The notes under the pieces were generated by a model. The model had not been told where the DNA came from. It made no database searches and saw only the letters and a list, made by a program, of their open reading frames with translations. From assembly GCA_963774265.1 (NCBI GenBank), contig CAVZDU010000008.1, forward strand, positions 96,001 through 160,000: a DNA stretch of 64,000 nt. Direction: 5' to 3'. This DNA comes from an uncultured Chloroflexia bacterium. Lineage in GTDB: Bacteria > Chloroflexota > Anaerolineae > CG2-30-64-16. Shown one piece after another: positions 10,782-21,252 of this stretch. The position numbers were made by a program, and so were the translations under genes. The first letter of the stretch is position 1. Every line of letters begins with the position of its first letter.

Positions 10782-12146
10782 ATGAAGCGTCTGCTCACTC
10801 TCTCGCTCACCCTCTTGGTGCTGGCTGGCGTACTCGTTACCAGCTGCGCCGCGCCAGCTGCTCCCCAGCCGGCCGCGCCGGCCGCTCAGGCGACCACGGC
10901 CCCAGCCGCACCCGCGGCCCCGGCTTTCGACTGGCAGAAGTACAAGGGCACGACCATCCGCGTCATGCTCAACCAGCACCCCTGGACGACTGCCATCCAA
11001 GGCAGCTTTCCTGATTTCGAGAAGCTGACCGGCATCAAGCTGGTTGCCGAAACCTACCCCGAGGATCAGTTCCGGCAAAAATCGCTGGTCGAGCTATCCT
11101 CCGGCGCCGGGTCGCTCGACATCTTCATGTCGCAACCGCCTCAGGAGGGCCTGAAGTACCGGCAGGCCGGCTGGTACGAGGACTTGAAGTCCTATGTCAA
11201 CGACGCCAGCATGACCGGCCCTGATTACAACTTCGCCGACTTCCTGCCCGGCACAATCACCTTTGAGACCATTCAAGACGCACTGATCGGCATCCCCATC
11301 CAGTTGGAAGTGGAGATGCTGTTCTACCGCAAGGACCTGTTTGCCGCCGCGGGCCTGACCGCGCCCAAGACGCTGGTTGAACTGGAAGCTGCGGCAGCGA
11401 AGCTGAACGACCCGGGCGCGGGCGTCTTCGGCATCGCGTCGCGCGGCCGGAAAGCGGCCGCGGTCACCATGTTCAGCAACTACCTGTACAACTACGGCGG
11501 CAACTGGCTGGATGCCAGCCGTAACCCGACCATCAACTCGCCCGAGGCCGTGGAAGCGATGACCTTCTACGGCAATCTGCTCAAGAACTACGGGCCTCCC
11601 GGCTCGGTGGGCAATCACTGGAATGAGGTCGTGGCGCTGTTCCAGCAGGGCAAGGCGGCCATGTTCACTGATGCCTCGGTGTTCTACGCCAACGTGGAGG
11701 ACCCCAAGGCCTCCACCGTGGCAGGCAAGGTGGGCTACGCACCGTTCCCCGCCGGACCTAAGGACAACACTTACTGGCTCTCCGGCTGGGGCCTGAGCAT
11801 GGCATCCTCGTCAAAGAACAAGGGTGCGGCCTGGTACTTCATCCAGTGGGCCACGTCCCCTGAGATGGCCAAGAAGACCCAGATCGACGGCAGGGTCGCC
11901 GGCGCGCGGCAGAGCGTGTGGAATCTGCCCGAGAGCAAGACCACCTTCCCACCAGACTGGACCGATGCATACGTGCTCTCCAGCTCCAAAGCGGCCCATC
12001 CTGACCGGCCGCCGGTCGTCGCAGTGTCCGAGGTCCGCGACGCCATCGGCAACGCCATCGTGGTGGCCATCGAAGGCGGCGACGTCAAGGCCGCCGCCGA
12101 CAAGGCTGCCGCGGACATGAAGGACATCCTGGCCAAGACCGAGTAA
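10782..12146 (+). CDS. Sugar ABC transporter substrate-binding lipoprotein (CUT1)
   Basis: Lipobox VTSC, Ala/Pro linker, LFYRKDL, FQQGKAAM, AAWYFIQW. Confidence 0.9.
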   Translation: MKRLLTLSLTLLVLAGVLVTSCAAPAAPQPAAPAAQATTAPAAPAAPAFDWQKYKGTTIRVMLNQHPWTTAIQGSFPDFEKLTGIKLVAETYPEDQFRQKSLVELSSGAGSLDIFMSQPPQEGLKYRQAGWYEDLKSYVNDASMTGPDYNFADFLPGTITFETIQDALIGIPIQLEVEMLFYRKDLFAAAGLTAPKTLVELEAAAAKLNDPGAGVFGIASRGRKAAAVTMFSNYLYNYGGNWLDASRNPTINSPEAVEAMTFYGNLLKNYGPPGSVGNHWNEVVALFQQGKAAMFTDASVFYANVEDPKASTVAGKVGYAPFPAGPKDNTYWLSGWGLSMASSSKNKGAAWYFIQWATSPEMAKKTQIDGRVAGARQSVWNLPESKTTFPPDWTDAYVLSSSKAAHPDRPPVVAVSEVRDAIGNAIVVAIEGGDVKAAADKAAADMKDILAKTE

Positions 12147-12158
12147 CGCAGGACCATC

Positions 12159-12197
12159 CGCCCGTGCCGCTGCAGGTTCCCCGCCGCGGCACGGGCG
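12159..12197 (+). terminator. Intercistronic stem-loop after the binding-protein gene
   Basis: CGCCCGTGCCGC / GCGGCACGGGCG 12-bp stem; no strong U tract. Confidence 0.45.
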
Positions 12198-12291
12198 CTG
12201 TTCCTGACCAGGACCTGGAGCTATGTGATCACCCCTCTCTAAGCGCCCTGCCTGGCCCTTGCGACATAAAGGGCGGAAAGGAGGCTCCGAC

Positions 12292-13173
12292 ATGCGTCAG
12301 CTAACACGCTTCCTGGGGCGGCATCCGGGGTGGCTGTTCCCCTTACCGGCCGTGCTTGCCCTCTTCCTCCTGATGATCTTCCCCGTCGTCTACACCGTCT
12401 GGATGAGCTTGCATGAGTGGTTCGTCTCCAGCATCACGCCCCCGAAGTTCGTCGGGCTGGCGAACTACGTGCAGATCATCGCCAGGGACACGCGCTTCCA
12501 CCAGTCGCTGCTGCGCACGATCTACTTCACCGGCCTGGCCGTCGTGGTGCAGACCGTCCTGGGCGTCGGTGTCGCACTGATCTTCAACCGTGAGTTCCTG
12601 GGCAAGGGACTCGTGCGCACGCTGTTCCTCTTCCCCATGGTCGCCACACCGGTGGCCATTGCCCTGGTCTGGATGATGATGTTCAACCCGACCCTGGGTA
12701 TCCTGAATTACTTCCTGAAGGTCCTGGGCCTTCCGCCTGGGCTGTGGATCGCGAACGCGCGCACGGTCATCCCTGCCCTTGTGCTGGTGGATACCTGGCA
12801 GTGGACTCCCTTCATCACCCTGATTGCTTTGGCAGGACTATCCGCGCTGCCCCAAGAGCCGTTCGAAGCAGCGCTCATCGACGGCGCTTCAGGCTGGCAG
12901 ACCTTCTGGAACGTGACCCTGCCCCTATTACGGCCCACGATCATGGTTGCCGTGTTGTTCCGCACCATCGATGCCCTCAAGACCTTCGACATCATCTATG
13001 TGATGACCCAGGGCGGCCCGGGGAACGCCAGCGAGACCCTGAACATCTACATCTTTCAGATGGGCTTCTCCTACTTCCACATGGGGTCTGCCTCATCGCT
13101 GCTGGTGATCCTGTTCGCCATCGTGATGTTCATCAGCATTCTGTTGACACGCATGAGGAGGGCGCCGCTATGA
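12292..13173 (+). CDS. Sugar ABC transporter permease
   Basis: FVGLANY, EAALIDGAS motif, MTQGGP. Confidence 0.9.
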   Translation: MRQLTRFLGRHPGWLFPLPAVLALFLLMIFPVVYTVWMSLHEWFVSSITPPKFVGLANYVQIIARDTRFHQSLLRTIYFTGLAVVVQTVLGVGVALIFNREFLGKGLVRTLFLFPMVATPVAIALVWMMMFNPTLGILNYFLKVLGLPPGLWIANARTVIPALVLVDTWQWTPFITLIALAGLSALPQEPFEAALIDGASGWQTFWNVTLPLLRPTIMVAVLFRTIDALKTFDIIYVMTQGGPGNASETLNIYIFQMGFSYFHMGSASSLLVILFAIVMFISILLTRMRRAPL

Positions 13174-13997
13174 ACACTCGTGCCTGGCAAAAGGCGCTCA
13201 AGAAGATCGCCTTCTACCTGGTCCTCTTGATCATCCTGGTGCCGTTCCTGTTCGTGTTCTACTGGATGTTCCTGTCATCGTTCAAGACCCAGGTGCAGAA
13301 TACCGCCATGCCCCCGATTTGGAGCGTGTTGCCTAACCTGAGCAACTACCGCAACGTCTTCGTGACGAATCCCTTCGCACAGTACACGCTGAACAGCCTG
13401 ATCATCGCCACCGGCGCCACGGTGTTGGGCCTGATCCTGGGCCTGCCCGCGGCCTACAGCATCGCGCGCTACAAGCAAGAGGGGCTGGGCCTGGCCATCC
13501 TGACCGCGCGCATCACGCCCGGCATCAGCTTCCTGATCCCCTGGTTCATCCTGTTCACGCGCATGAAGCTGGTGGACACCTATGTGGCCATGATCCTGAC
13601 GCACCTGATCATCACCTTGCCGCTGATTGTGTGGATGCTGGTGGGCTTCTTCGAGGACCTGCCTGAGGAGTTGGGCGACGCGGCCATGGTCGACGGCACG
13701 ACGCAGTTCGGGACATTCTGGCTGATCGCGCTGCCGCTGGTGCGCCCCGGCGTCGCCGCCGCGGCTATCCTGGCATTCATCTTCTCATGGAATAACTTCA
13801 TGTTCAGCCTGGTGATCGCCTCCTACCGCACCAAGCCACTGCCGGTGGCGGTCTTCAACTTCATGAGCTATACGGAGATCAACTGGGGCGGCCTGACAGC
13901 CGCCGCCTCCATCATCACCCTGCCCGTCATGCTGCTGATCCTGCTGGTGCAGCGCAATATCGTGCGCGGGCTGGTTGTCGGCGCGGTTAAGGGTTAG
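13170..13997 (+). CDS. Carbohydrate ABC transporter permease
   Basis: DAAMVDG EAA loop, FIFSWNNF; ATGA overlap. Confidence 0.9.
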   Translation: MNTRAWQKALKKIAFYLVLLIILVPFLFVFYWMFLSSFKTQVQNTAMPPIWSVLPNLSNYRNVFVTNPFAQYTLNSLIIATGATVLGLILGLPAAYSIARYKQEGLGLAILTARITPGISFLIPWFILFTRMKLVDTYVAMILTHLIITLPLIVWMLVGFFEDLPEELGDAAMVDGTTQFGTFWLIALPLVRPGVAAAAILAFIFSWNNFMFSLVIASYRTKPLPVAVFNFMSYTEINWGGLTAAASIITLPVMLLILLVQRNIVRGLVVGAVKG

Positions 13998-14019
13998 CTC
14001 CCGCGTTTGTCGTGCAGCA

Positions 14020-14047
14020 GTGCCGGTCACAGCGCTGTGACCGGCAC
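14020..14047. repeat. Perfect 28-bp palindrome
   Basis: GTGCCGGTCACAGC|GCTGTGACCGGCAC followed by ATTTTCTT. Confidence 0.8.
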
Positions 14048-14071
14048 ATTTTCTTCCCGGAAGGAATAGCG

Positions 14072-15109
14072 ATGAAAGCCCTGGTCCTGGAAGCGTACAA
14101 CAAGCTGGTGTACAAGGACATGCCCGACCCGGTGATCGGGCCGGACGAGGTCCTGGTCGAGGTTGAGGCGTGTGGCATTTGCGGCAGCGACGTCCACGGC
14201 ATGGACGGCAGCACTGGCCGCCGCATACCGCCGCTGATCATGGGCCACGAAGCCGGCGGCGTCATACGGGACGTGGGCCCCCAGGTGCGGGGGTGGCAAC
14301 CCGGCGATCATGTCACCTTCGACTCGACCATCTACTGCGGCAAATGCTATTACTGCCGGGCAGGGCAAGTGAACCTGTGCAGCGACCGTCGCGTGTTAGG
14401 CGTCTCGCCAGGCGAGTATCGGCAGCACGGCGCATTTGCCGAGTATGTGGCGGTGCCTCAACACATCCTGTACCGCCTGCCAGACGCCGTGTCTTTCATC
14501 CAGGCCGCCATGCTGGAACCCCTTTCGGTGGCGTTCCACGCGGCCAGCTTGCCGCGCATCCGGCTTAGCGACAGTGCGGTGGTGGTCGGCGCGGGAATGA
14601 TCGGGCTGCTGGTCGTGGCGGCCCTGCGGCTCGCCGGCTGCGGGCAGATCATCGCTGTGGATCTTGACGAGGGACGTCTGACCGCGGCCAGGCAGTTCGG
14701 GGCGGACGTTGGCCTGCAGGCGGATGCACCCGATGTGCCACAGCAGGTTCAGGCGTTGACCGAGGGCCGCGGCGCGGACCTGGCCTTCGAGGTGGTGGGC
14801 GTGACGCCCGCGGTCCAGACAGCGCTGGCCAGTGTGCGCAAAGGCGGCTCTCTCACGCTGGTCGGCAACCTGGCGCCCACGGTGGAGCTTCCGCTGCAGT
14901 CCGTGGTCACGCGCCAGATCACCCTCTACGGCTCCTGCGCGTCCAGCGGGGAATACCCGGCTTGTATCGCCATGCTGGCGCGGGGCGCGGTGAACGTGGA
15001 GCCGCTGATCAGCGCAGTGGCGCCGCTGCGTGAAGCCGCAGGGTGGTTCGATAGGCTGTACCGCCGCGAGGCGGGCCTGATGAAGGTCATCGTGACGCCC
15101 AAGGGATAG
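14072..15109 (+). CDS. Zn-dependent polyol/sugar dehydrogenase (sorbitol/galactitol-1-P DH family)
   Basis: CGICGSD, GHE, CGKCYYC..C, GAGMIG. Confidence 0.85.
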   Translation: MKALVLEAYNKLVYKDMPDPVIGPDEVLVEVEACGICGSDVHGMDGSTGRRIPPLIMGHEAGGVIRDVGPQVRGWQPGDHVTFDSTIYCGKCYYCRAGQVNLCSDRRVLGVSPGEYRQHGAFAEYVAVPQHILYRLPDAVSFIQAAMLEPLSVAFHAASLPRIRLSDSAVVVGAGMIGLLVVAALRLAGCGQIIAVDLDEGRLTAARQFGADVGLQADAPDVPQQVQALTEGRGADLAFEVVGVTPAVQTALASVRKGGSLTLVGNLAPTVELPLQSVVTRQITLYGSCASSGEYPACIAMLARGAVNVEPLISAVAPLREAAGWFDRLYRREAGLMKVIVTPKG

Positions 15110-15125
15110 GAAGGACCTGACACTG

Positions 15126-15926
15126 ATGAGTGAGAACTTGTTCGACCTGACCGGCAAAGTAGCGATGATCACGGGCACGAGCCGGGGCTTGGGCCAATAC
15201 ATGGGCCGCGCACTGGCGCGCGCCGGCGCCGATCTGGTGATCACCAGTCGTCACATCGACGCGCTGCAGCCTTTCAAGGAGGAGATTGGGGCATTGGGCC
15301 GCCGGGCACTGCCCGTTGAATTGGATGTGCGCGATTTCGACAGCATTCAGCGAGCGGTGACCACAGCCCACGCGCACTACGGGAAGATCGATATCCTGGT
15401 AAACAACGCGGGCTGTAACGTTCGCAAACCGGCCCTGGATGTAACCTGGGACGATTGGAACCTGGTGTTGGAGACCAACCTGCGAGGCACGTTCTTTGTT
15501 GCGCAGGCCGTGGCGCGCACCATGATTCCACGCGGCTATGGCCGAATCATCAATATCGGATCGGTGACGAGCGTATTTGGGTATGCAGGGCTGGGGCCGT
15601 ATGGGGCCAGCCGCGGCGGCACCCGGCAGTTGACGATGAGCCTGGCAGACGATTGGGGCAAACACGGAATCACCGTGAACTGCCTCGCACCCGGCTGGTT
15701 CAAGACCGCACAGAACGCGGTCATGTATGAGGATACCGACTGGGTGGCCTACCTGGTTGACCGCATCCCGATGAAACGCCCTGGACAGCCCGACGATCTG
15801 GACGGCGCGGTGGTGTTCCTTGCGTCAGATGCAAGCGCGTACATCACCGGCCAGACCCTGCTCGTCGACGGCGGCATCAGCACCGGTGCGACGCGCGCCA
15901 CGACCAGTAAGGTGAAACCGAGCTGA
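15126..15926 (+). CDS. SDR oxidoreductase (gluconate 5-dehydrogenase/KduD-like)
   Basis: TGTSRGLG, NNAG, YGASR (YxxxK variant), APGWFKT. Confidence 0.85.
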   Translation: MSENLFDLTGKVAMITGTSRGLGQYMGRALARAGADLVITSRHIDALQPFKEEIGALGRRALPVELDVRDFDSIQRAVTTAHAHYGKIDILVNNAGCNVRKPALDVTWDDWNLVLETNLRGTFFVAQAVARTMIPRGYGRIINIGSVTSVFGYAGLGPYGASRGGTRQLTMSLADDWGKHGITVNCLAPGWFKTAQNAVMYEDTDWVAYLVDRIPMKRPGQPDDLDGAVVFLASDASAYITGQTLLVDGGISTGATRATTSKVKPS

Positions 15927-16077
15927 GACTTCGCACCGCAGCGACAAGGGCGGCCGTGTTCCTTGCGTTGGGAGGGATGGAGCTTTCCTTCCTGTGATAC
16001 AATAGGATCGTCTACTGGCCGCCCTTCAACGCACTGATCACGACAAGCCAGCCGATCAGCACGCGCAAGGAGGCGCC

Positions 16078-17479
16078 ATGCGTACTGTCTACGTCGTCTC
16101 GGGTGGCGTCAGCAAGTTCGCGAAGGCCCGCCCCGACAAGACCTTTCCAGCCAGTCGTTAAGGAAGCCTACGACTACGCCATCGCCGACCTCGGCCTGGA
16201 GCATCGCCAGTTCATGGAGCTGGTCGATGGCTCCGTAGCCTCCTACTTCTCCGACCACTTCGCCCGCCAACTCATGGCCGGCATCATGATCCAGGACTAC
16301 CTGGGATTATGTCCCGAAACCTGGCCATCGCGTCGAGGGCGGCGGCGCCACCGGCGGCATTTGCTTCCAGGAGGCCTGGAAGTCGGTGGCGTCAGGCGAC
16401 ATGGACATCTGCCTGGCCTACGGCTTCGAGACGATGAGCCACGTCAACACCTGGAAGGGCAACGAGTTCATCGCACTGGCCTCCGATGTCAGCTTCGACT
16501 ACCCCGTCGGCGGCTTCTACTCCGGCTACTACGCGATGATGGTCACCCGGCACATGAAGGAGTTCGGCACCACCGTCGAGCAACTGGCCTACGTGTCGGT
16601 GAAGAACCACCGTGAACGCATTCTACAACCCGTACAGCCAGAAACACGAGCGGCTGACCGTGGCCGACGTGCGGAACGCGCCGATGGTCGCCTGGCCTCT
16701 CACGCGGCTGGATATCTGCGTGATGTCGGACGGCGCGGCCGCCGTCGTCCTTGCCAGCGAGGAAGGACTGGCCAAACTGGAGAAAGCCGCGGGCCGGCGA
16801 CTTGATCCGCTCGTGAAAGTCGCCGGGATCGGCCGCGGCACCGACGCTATGCGCATGGCCGACCGGCCGCACCAGTCCTACGAACAATTCCTTCAGCACA
16901 ATCTGCTGCCCAGCGAAGACACCGCCGAGACCCGAGCCTACTACCGCGACCTTTGGGATCACGGCTTTCGCTATCCCGGCGTGCACTCGTTCCGCGCCGG
17001 CCGCATGGCCAGCAAGGCTGCCTACGCCCGCGCCGGCATCGCAGACCCACTGCAAGAGATCGAGCTTCGTCGAGCTACACGACGCCTACACCTCTTCCGA
17101 GATCCAGACCTACGAAGATATGGGCCTTTGCCGCTATGGCGAGGGCGGGCCGTTTGCAGCTTCGGGCAGGCCATTCCTGCCCAACGTCGACTACGGGCTG
17201 GCGTTCAGCGAGCCGGCGCAGGTGGGCGCGTGCCCGGTCAACCCGAGCGGCGGGCTCATCGCTTGTGGCCATCCTGTGGGCGCGACGGGGCTGATGCAGG
17301 GGGTCTTCGCCCTCTGGCAGCTCCAGGGCACGATCGGCAAGCACTTCAGGGACGACACGCTGCAGATCAAAGATGCCCGCCGCGGCGCTATCCACAGCCA
17401 CGCCGGCACCGGGACCTACGTGACCGTCAGCATCCTGGAGCGGGAAAGCGCACCGCATGCAAAGGAGATGGGGTCATGA
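16078..17479 (+). CDS. Thiolase-fold protein (SCP-x/archaeal type); about 4 frameshifts
   Basis: AAGGAGG RBS; VEGGGATGG, VKNH, SDGAAA, ELHDAY, NPSGGLIACGHPVGATG. Confidence 0.75.
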
Positions 17480-18031
17480 CCGAGCCACGTTTCCCGACCA
17501 AGCTTCCCGAGACCGATGACGGGGCGATCCTGTTCAGCGTGCCATTCCCGACCGATCTCAACGCGGAGACGCTCGCCGGTCTCAAGTCTATGGCGCCGAT
17601 CATCGTCAAGCAGCCCTACGCGATCGACTACATTCACTCCTACGGGCAGGACAGCCCCTTCTTCGCCGGGCTGGCCAACGGCCGGCTGCTCGGGCGCATG
17701 GAGCCCAGCACCGGCTACACCTACGCTACCCCGCGCGGCCACGACATGTACACGGGGGCTGAGACCGACTGGGTGGACCTGACCCGGCGAGCCGGCGCGC
17801 GTCCACGCGTTCACCGTCTGCTACTTCGGCTCCGAGGAGTTCCTGCCGGAGTGCCCGTTCGTCCTGGCGCTGATCGAGTTCGACGGCGCGGACACGCTGT
17901 TCCTGGGCCGGCTGATCGGCGTCGACCCGAACGCGCCCACCCTGGATTGGATCGGCATGCGCGTCGGACTGCGCTTCCGCCGCAACAGCAAGTTCAAGCC
18001 GACCGACGTGTACTTCTACCCGCTGTCATGA
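17476..18031 (+). CDS. DUF35 (Zn-ribbon-like + OB-fold) protein; one frameshift
   Basis: YIHSYGQDSPFFAGL; in the shifted frame VHAFTVCYFG..PFVLALIEFDG; coupled to the thiolase by ATGA. Confidence 0.7.
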
Positions 18032-18114
18032 TCGACTTTACGACTCCGCAAGGAGGGTCGGCCGGATGACATGATGCACTCCGGCCGACGCAAGTCACCC
18101 TGGGGAGGCAAGCC

Positions 18115-19120
18115 ATGCAGATTCTGCAAGAAGGCCAGGGCCAGCTGATCGGCTGGCACGATCCGGACGAGAACCGGCAGTGGGTGCTCGAAAACAAGCC
18201 TCGCGACCTGCACGACAAGCGGACGACCGTCGCCGAGGCGGTGGCGCGCTTCGTCCACGACGGCGACTTCGTCGCTTCCGGCGGCTTCGGCCACGTGCGC
18301 GTCGGCATGGCGGCCATCTACGAGATCATCCGCCAGAGGCGCCGCGCGCCTGGTCCTGGCCGGCAAGACCGCGGTCCACGATGGCGATCTCCTGATCGCC
18401 TCCGGGTGCGTGGATCGCGTCGAGGTGGCCTACTCCTTCGGCCATGAGTTGCGCGGCCTTTCGCCCGCCTCGCGGCGCATGGTCGAGGAGGGCCACTGCC
18501 AGGTGGTCGCCGAGATGAGCAACGCTGGCTACCAGTGGCGCTTCATGGCCGCGGCGATGGGCCTGCCGTTCATCCCCTCGCGCAATCTGCTGGGCACCGA
18601 CACGCTCGAGCACAGCTCGGCGAAGGTCGTGGCCGACCCGTGGAGCGGCAAGCCGATCTGCCTGCTGCCGGCTTGCTACCCCGATGTGGCGATCATCCAC
18701 GTCACCCGTTGCGACATGCTACGGCAACGCACAGATCGACGGCACCCTGGTCGAGGACTTCGAGCTGGCCCGCGCCGCCCGACGGCTGATCCTGACGACC
18801 GAAGAGATCGTGCCGGAGGAGCAGATCCGCGACGAGCCCTGGCGCACGGTCATCCCCTTCTTCCTGGTGGACGCCGTGGTCGAGGCGCCCTACGGCAGCC
18901 ACCCATGCCAGATGCCCCGCCGCTACTACTTCGACGAGGACCACATCCGGAGTGGATGCGCCGCTCGGTGACGGCGGAAGGCGCGGAGGCGTACTTCGAG
19001 GAGTACGTGTTCGGCGTGCCGGACTTCGACGCCTACCTGGAGAAGATCGGCGGGCTGAAGAAGCTGCACCACCTCAAGACAGGTGGAGCAATTGCGCGCG
19101 TGACGGAGAGCATCCCATGA
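18115..19120 (+). CDS. Family I CoA-transferase subunit A (GctA-like); frameshifted
   Basis: AVARFVHDGD..SGGFG, AAAMGLPFIP, DVAIIHV..D.YGNA, VDAVVEAPYGSHP. Confidence 0.8.
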
Positions 19121-19885
19121 CAGCCTATTCCCCCACCGAGCTGCTGGCTTGTGTCGCTGCGCGGCCTGCTGGAGGACCGCCGGTCGGTCTTCGTGGGCAC
19201 CGGGCTGCCGATGATCGCCGCGATGCTCGCGCAGCGAACCCACGCCCCTGGCCTGCTGATCATCTTCGAGGCCGGCGGCATCGGGCCGCAGATCCCGGTC
19301 CTGCCGATCTCTGTGGGCGACTCACGCACCTTCCACAAGGCGGTGGCCGCAGTCAGCATGCACGACGTGATGTCGATCTCGCAGGCCGGCTACCTGGATT
19401 ACGGCTTCCTGGGCGCGGCGCAGATCGACCCGTACGGCAACATCAACACCACCGTGATCGGCGACGCACGACCACCCCACAGGCGCGCCTGCCCGGCAGC
19501 GGCGGCGCCAACGACGTCGGCTCCTTCTGCCATCGCACCATCATCATCATGCGACAGGATCGCCGCAAGTTCGTGGAGCGACTCGATTTCCTGACCACGC
19601 CGGGCTACCTCACCGGGCCGGGCGCCAGGGAACGGGCCGGCCTGCCGGCCAACAGCGGGCCGTATCGCGTCATCACGCAGTTCGGCGTCTACGGGTTCGA
19701 ACCCGACACCTGCCGGATGCGGCTGTTGGCCATCCATCCGGAGGTAACACAGGACGAAGTGCAGGCGAATAGCTGCTTCGCCATTCCCATCGCTGAGGAG
19801 TTGGCGGTCAGCCCCGCGCCCACCGAGGCGGAGCGCCGCCTGCTGCGCGAGATCGATCCCCAGGGGATGCTGATCGGGCGTCTGA
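19117..19885 (+). CDS. Family I CoA-transferase subunit B (GctB-like); frameshifted
   Basis: FVGTGLP, IFEAG, GAAQIDPYGNINTT, LPGSGGAND; end inferred. Confidence 0.8.
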
Positions 19886-19896
19886 TGGAGGTCAAG

Positions 19897-21019
19897 ATGG
19901 ACTTCGACCTATCAGAAGAACACCGGATGCTGGCCGGCGACTCTGCGAGAGTTCGTGGCGACGGAGGTTGCCCCCCGCGCGCGCCACGTGGACGAGACGG
20001 GCGAGTTCCCGTGGAACACGCTGAACGCGCTGGCGAAGCTGGGCATGCTGGGGCTAAACATCCCGGAGGCATACGGCGGGGGTGGCGCCGATGCCCTGAG
20101 TGCGATGATTCTAATCGAGGAGATCGGCAGGGGCTGCGGTTCCACCGCGCTCATTGTGGCGGCCCATCTTGGGCTGGCCTGCGGACCGCTGGCCGTGTTC
20201 GGCACCGAAGCCCAGAAGAAGCAGTGGCTGATCCCGATGGCGCGCGGCAAGATGCTGGGCTGCCTGGGTCTGACGGAAGCTGGAGCCGGCTCCGACCTGC
20301 GCGGCGTTCGCACTAACGCGGTACGCCAGGGCGAGGAATGGATCATCAACGGCAACAAGATGTGGCTGACCAATGGAGCCGAGGCCGGGGTCGTTCTCCT
20401 GCTGTGTCGAACCGGCGAAAGGTTCAGCCACTTCATTGTACCGACCGACCGCGCCGGGCGTCAGCTTCGGCCCGCCTGAGAAGAAGATGGGGCTGCACGG
20501 CTCGCACACCTATGCCGTAGGATTGGATGGCGTCCACGTACCGGCGGAGAACCTGCTGGGCGCCGAGGGACGCGGGCTCCAGCAGACACTACAGGTGCTC
20601 GATGGCGGCCGGATCGGCATCGCCAGCGCTGAGCCTTGGGTTGGCGGAGGCCGCCTTCGACGCTGCGCGCGCCTATGCCGGCACGCGCAAGACATTCGGC
20701 CAACCGCTCGTCGAGCACCAGGCGATCGCCTTCATGCTGGCCGACATGGCCGTCGAGATCGAAGCCGCCCGCTGGCTCGTCTATCGGGCCGCCTGGTTGC
20801 GCGACTGCGGGCGGCCCTACACCAGGGAAGCCTCGATCGCTAAGCTATTTGCCACCGAAATGGCCGAACGGGTCGCGCGAAATGCGCTGCAGGTGCACGG
20901 CGGCTATGGGTATAGCCAGCGAGTATCCGGTGGAACGCATCTACCGCGATGCCCGCCTGATGACCATCGGCGAGGGCACGAGCGAGATGCAGCGGATGAT
21001 CATCGCCCGGCTGCTGTGA
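19897..21019 (+). CDS. Acyl-CoA dehydrogenase; about 4 frameshifts
   Basis: GGAGGT RBS; [42 protein letters not shown]. Confidence 0.85.
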
Positions 21020-21213
21020 AGCGAACCGGGCGCTCTGATCTGTGGCAGCAAAAACGCCGGCGGATAATGCTTTCCGGATGAATCGCCTCCCGCGGGCGCG
21101 CAAGGGACCCGCGTCGAGACAGCCTCAACCTGCCCGCGCCTCAAATTCTCCACAGCAGTTCATCATCCTACACAACCGCTTTCCCTGGCTTCTTTCGCCC
21201 TTTGGACCTGCGG

Positions 21214-21222
21214 TGCTATAAT
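21214..21222 (+). promoter_or_regulatory. Extended -10 promoter upstream of the chelatase gene
   Basis: TGCTATAAT about 30 nt before the TTG start. Confidence 0.45.
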
Positions 21223-21252
21223 TCGGTCGTTAATTCGTGATGGAGCATTCCT

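Noticed and set aside
18952-20316. Apparent CoA-transferase B / acyl-CoA dehydrogenase fusion ORF
   Set aside because: A GGAGGT RBS precedes ATG 19897 and a TGA lies one base out of frame at 19883; more likely an indel removed the stop.
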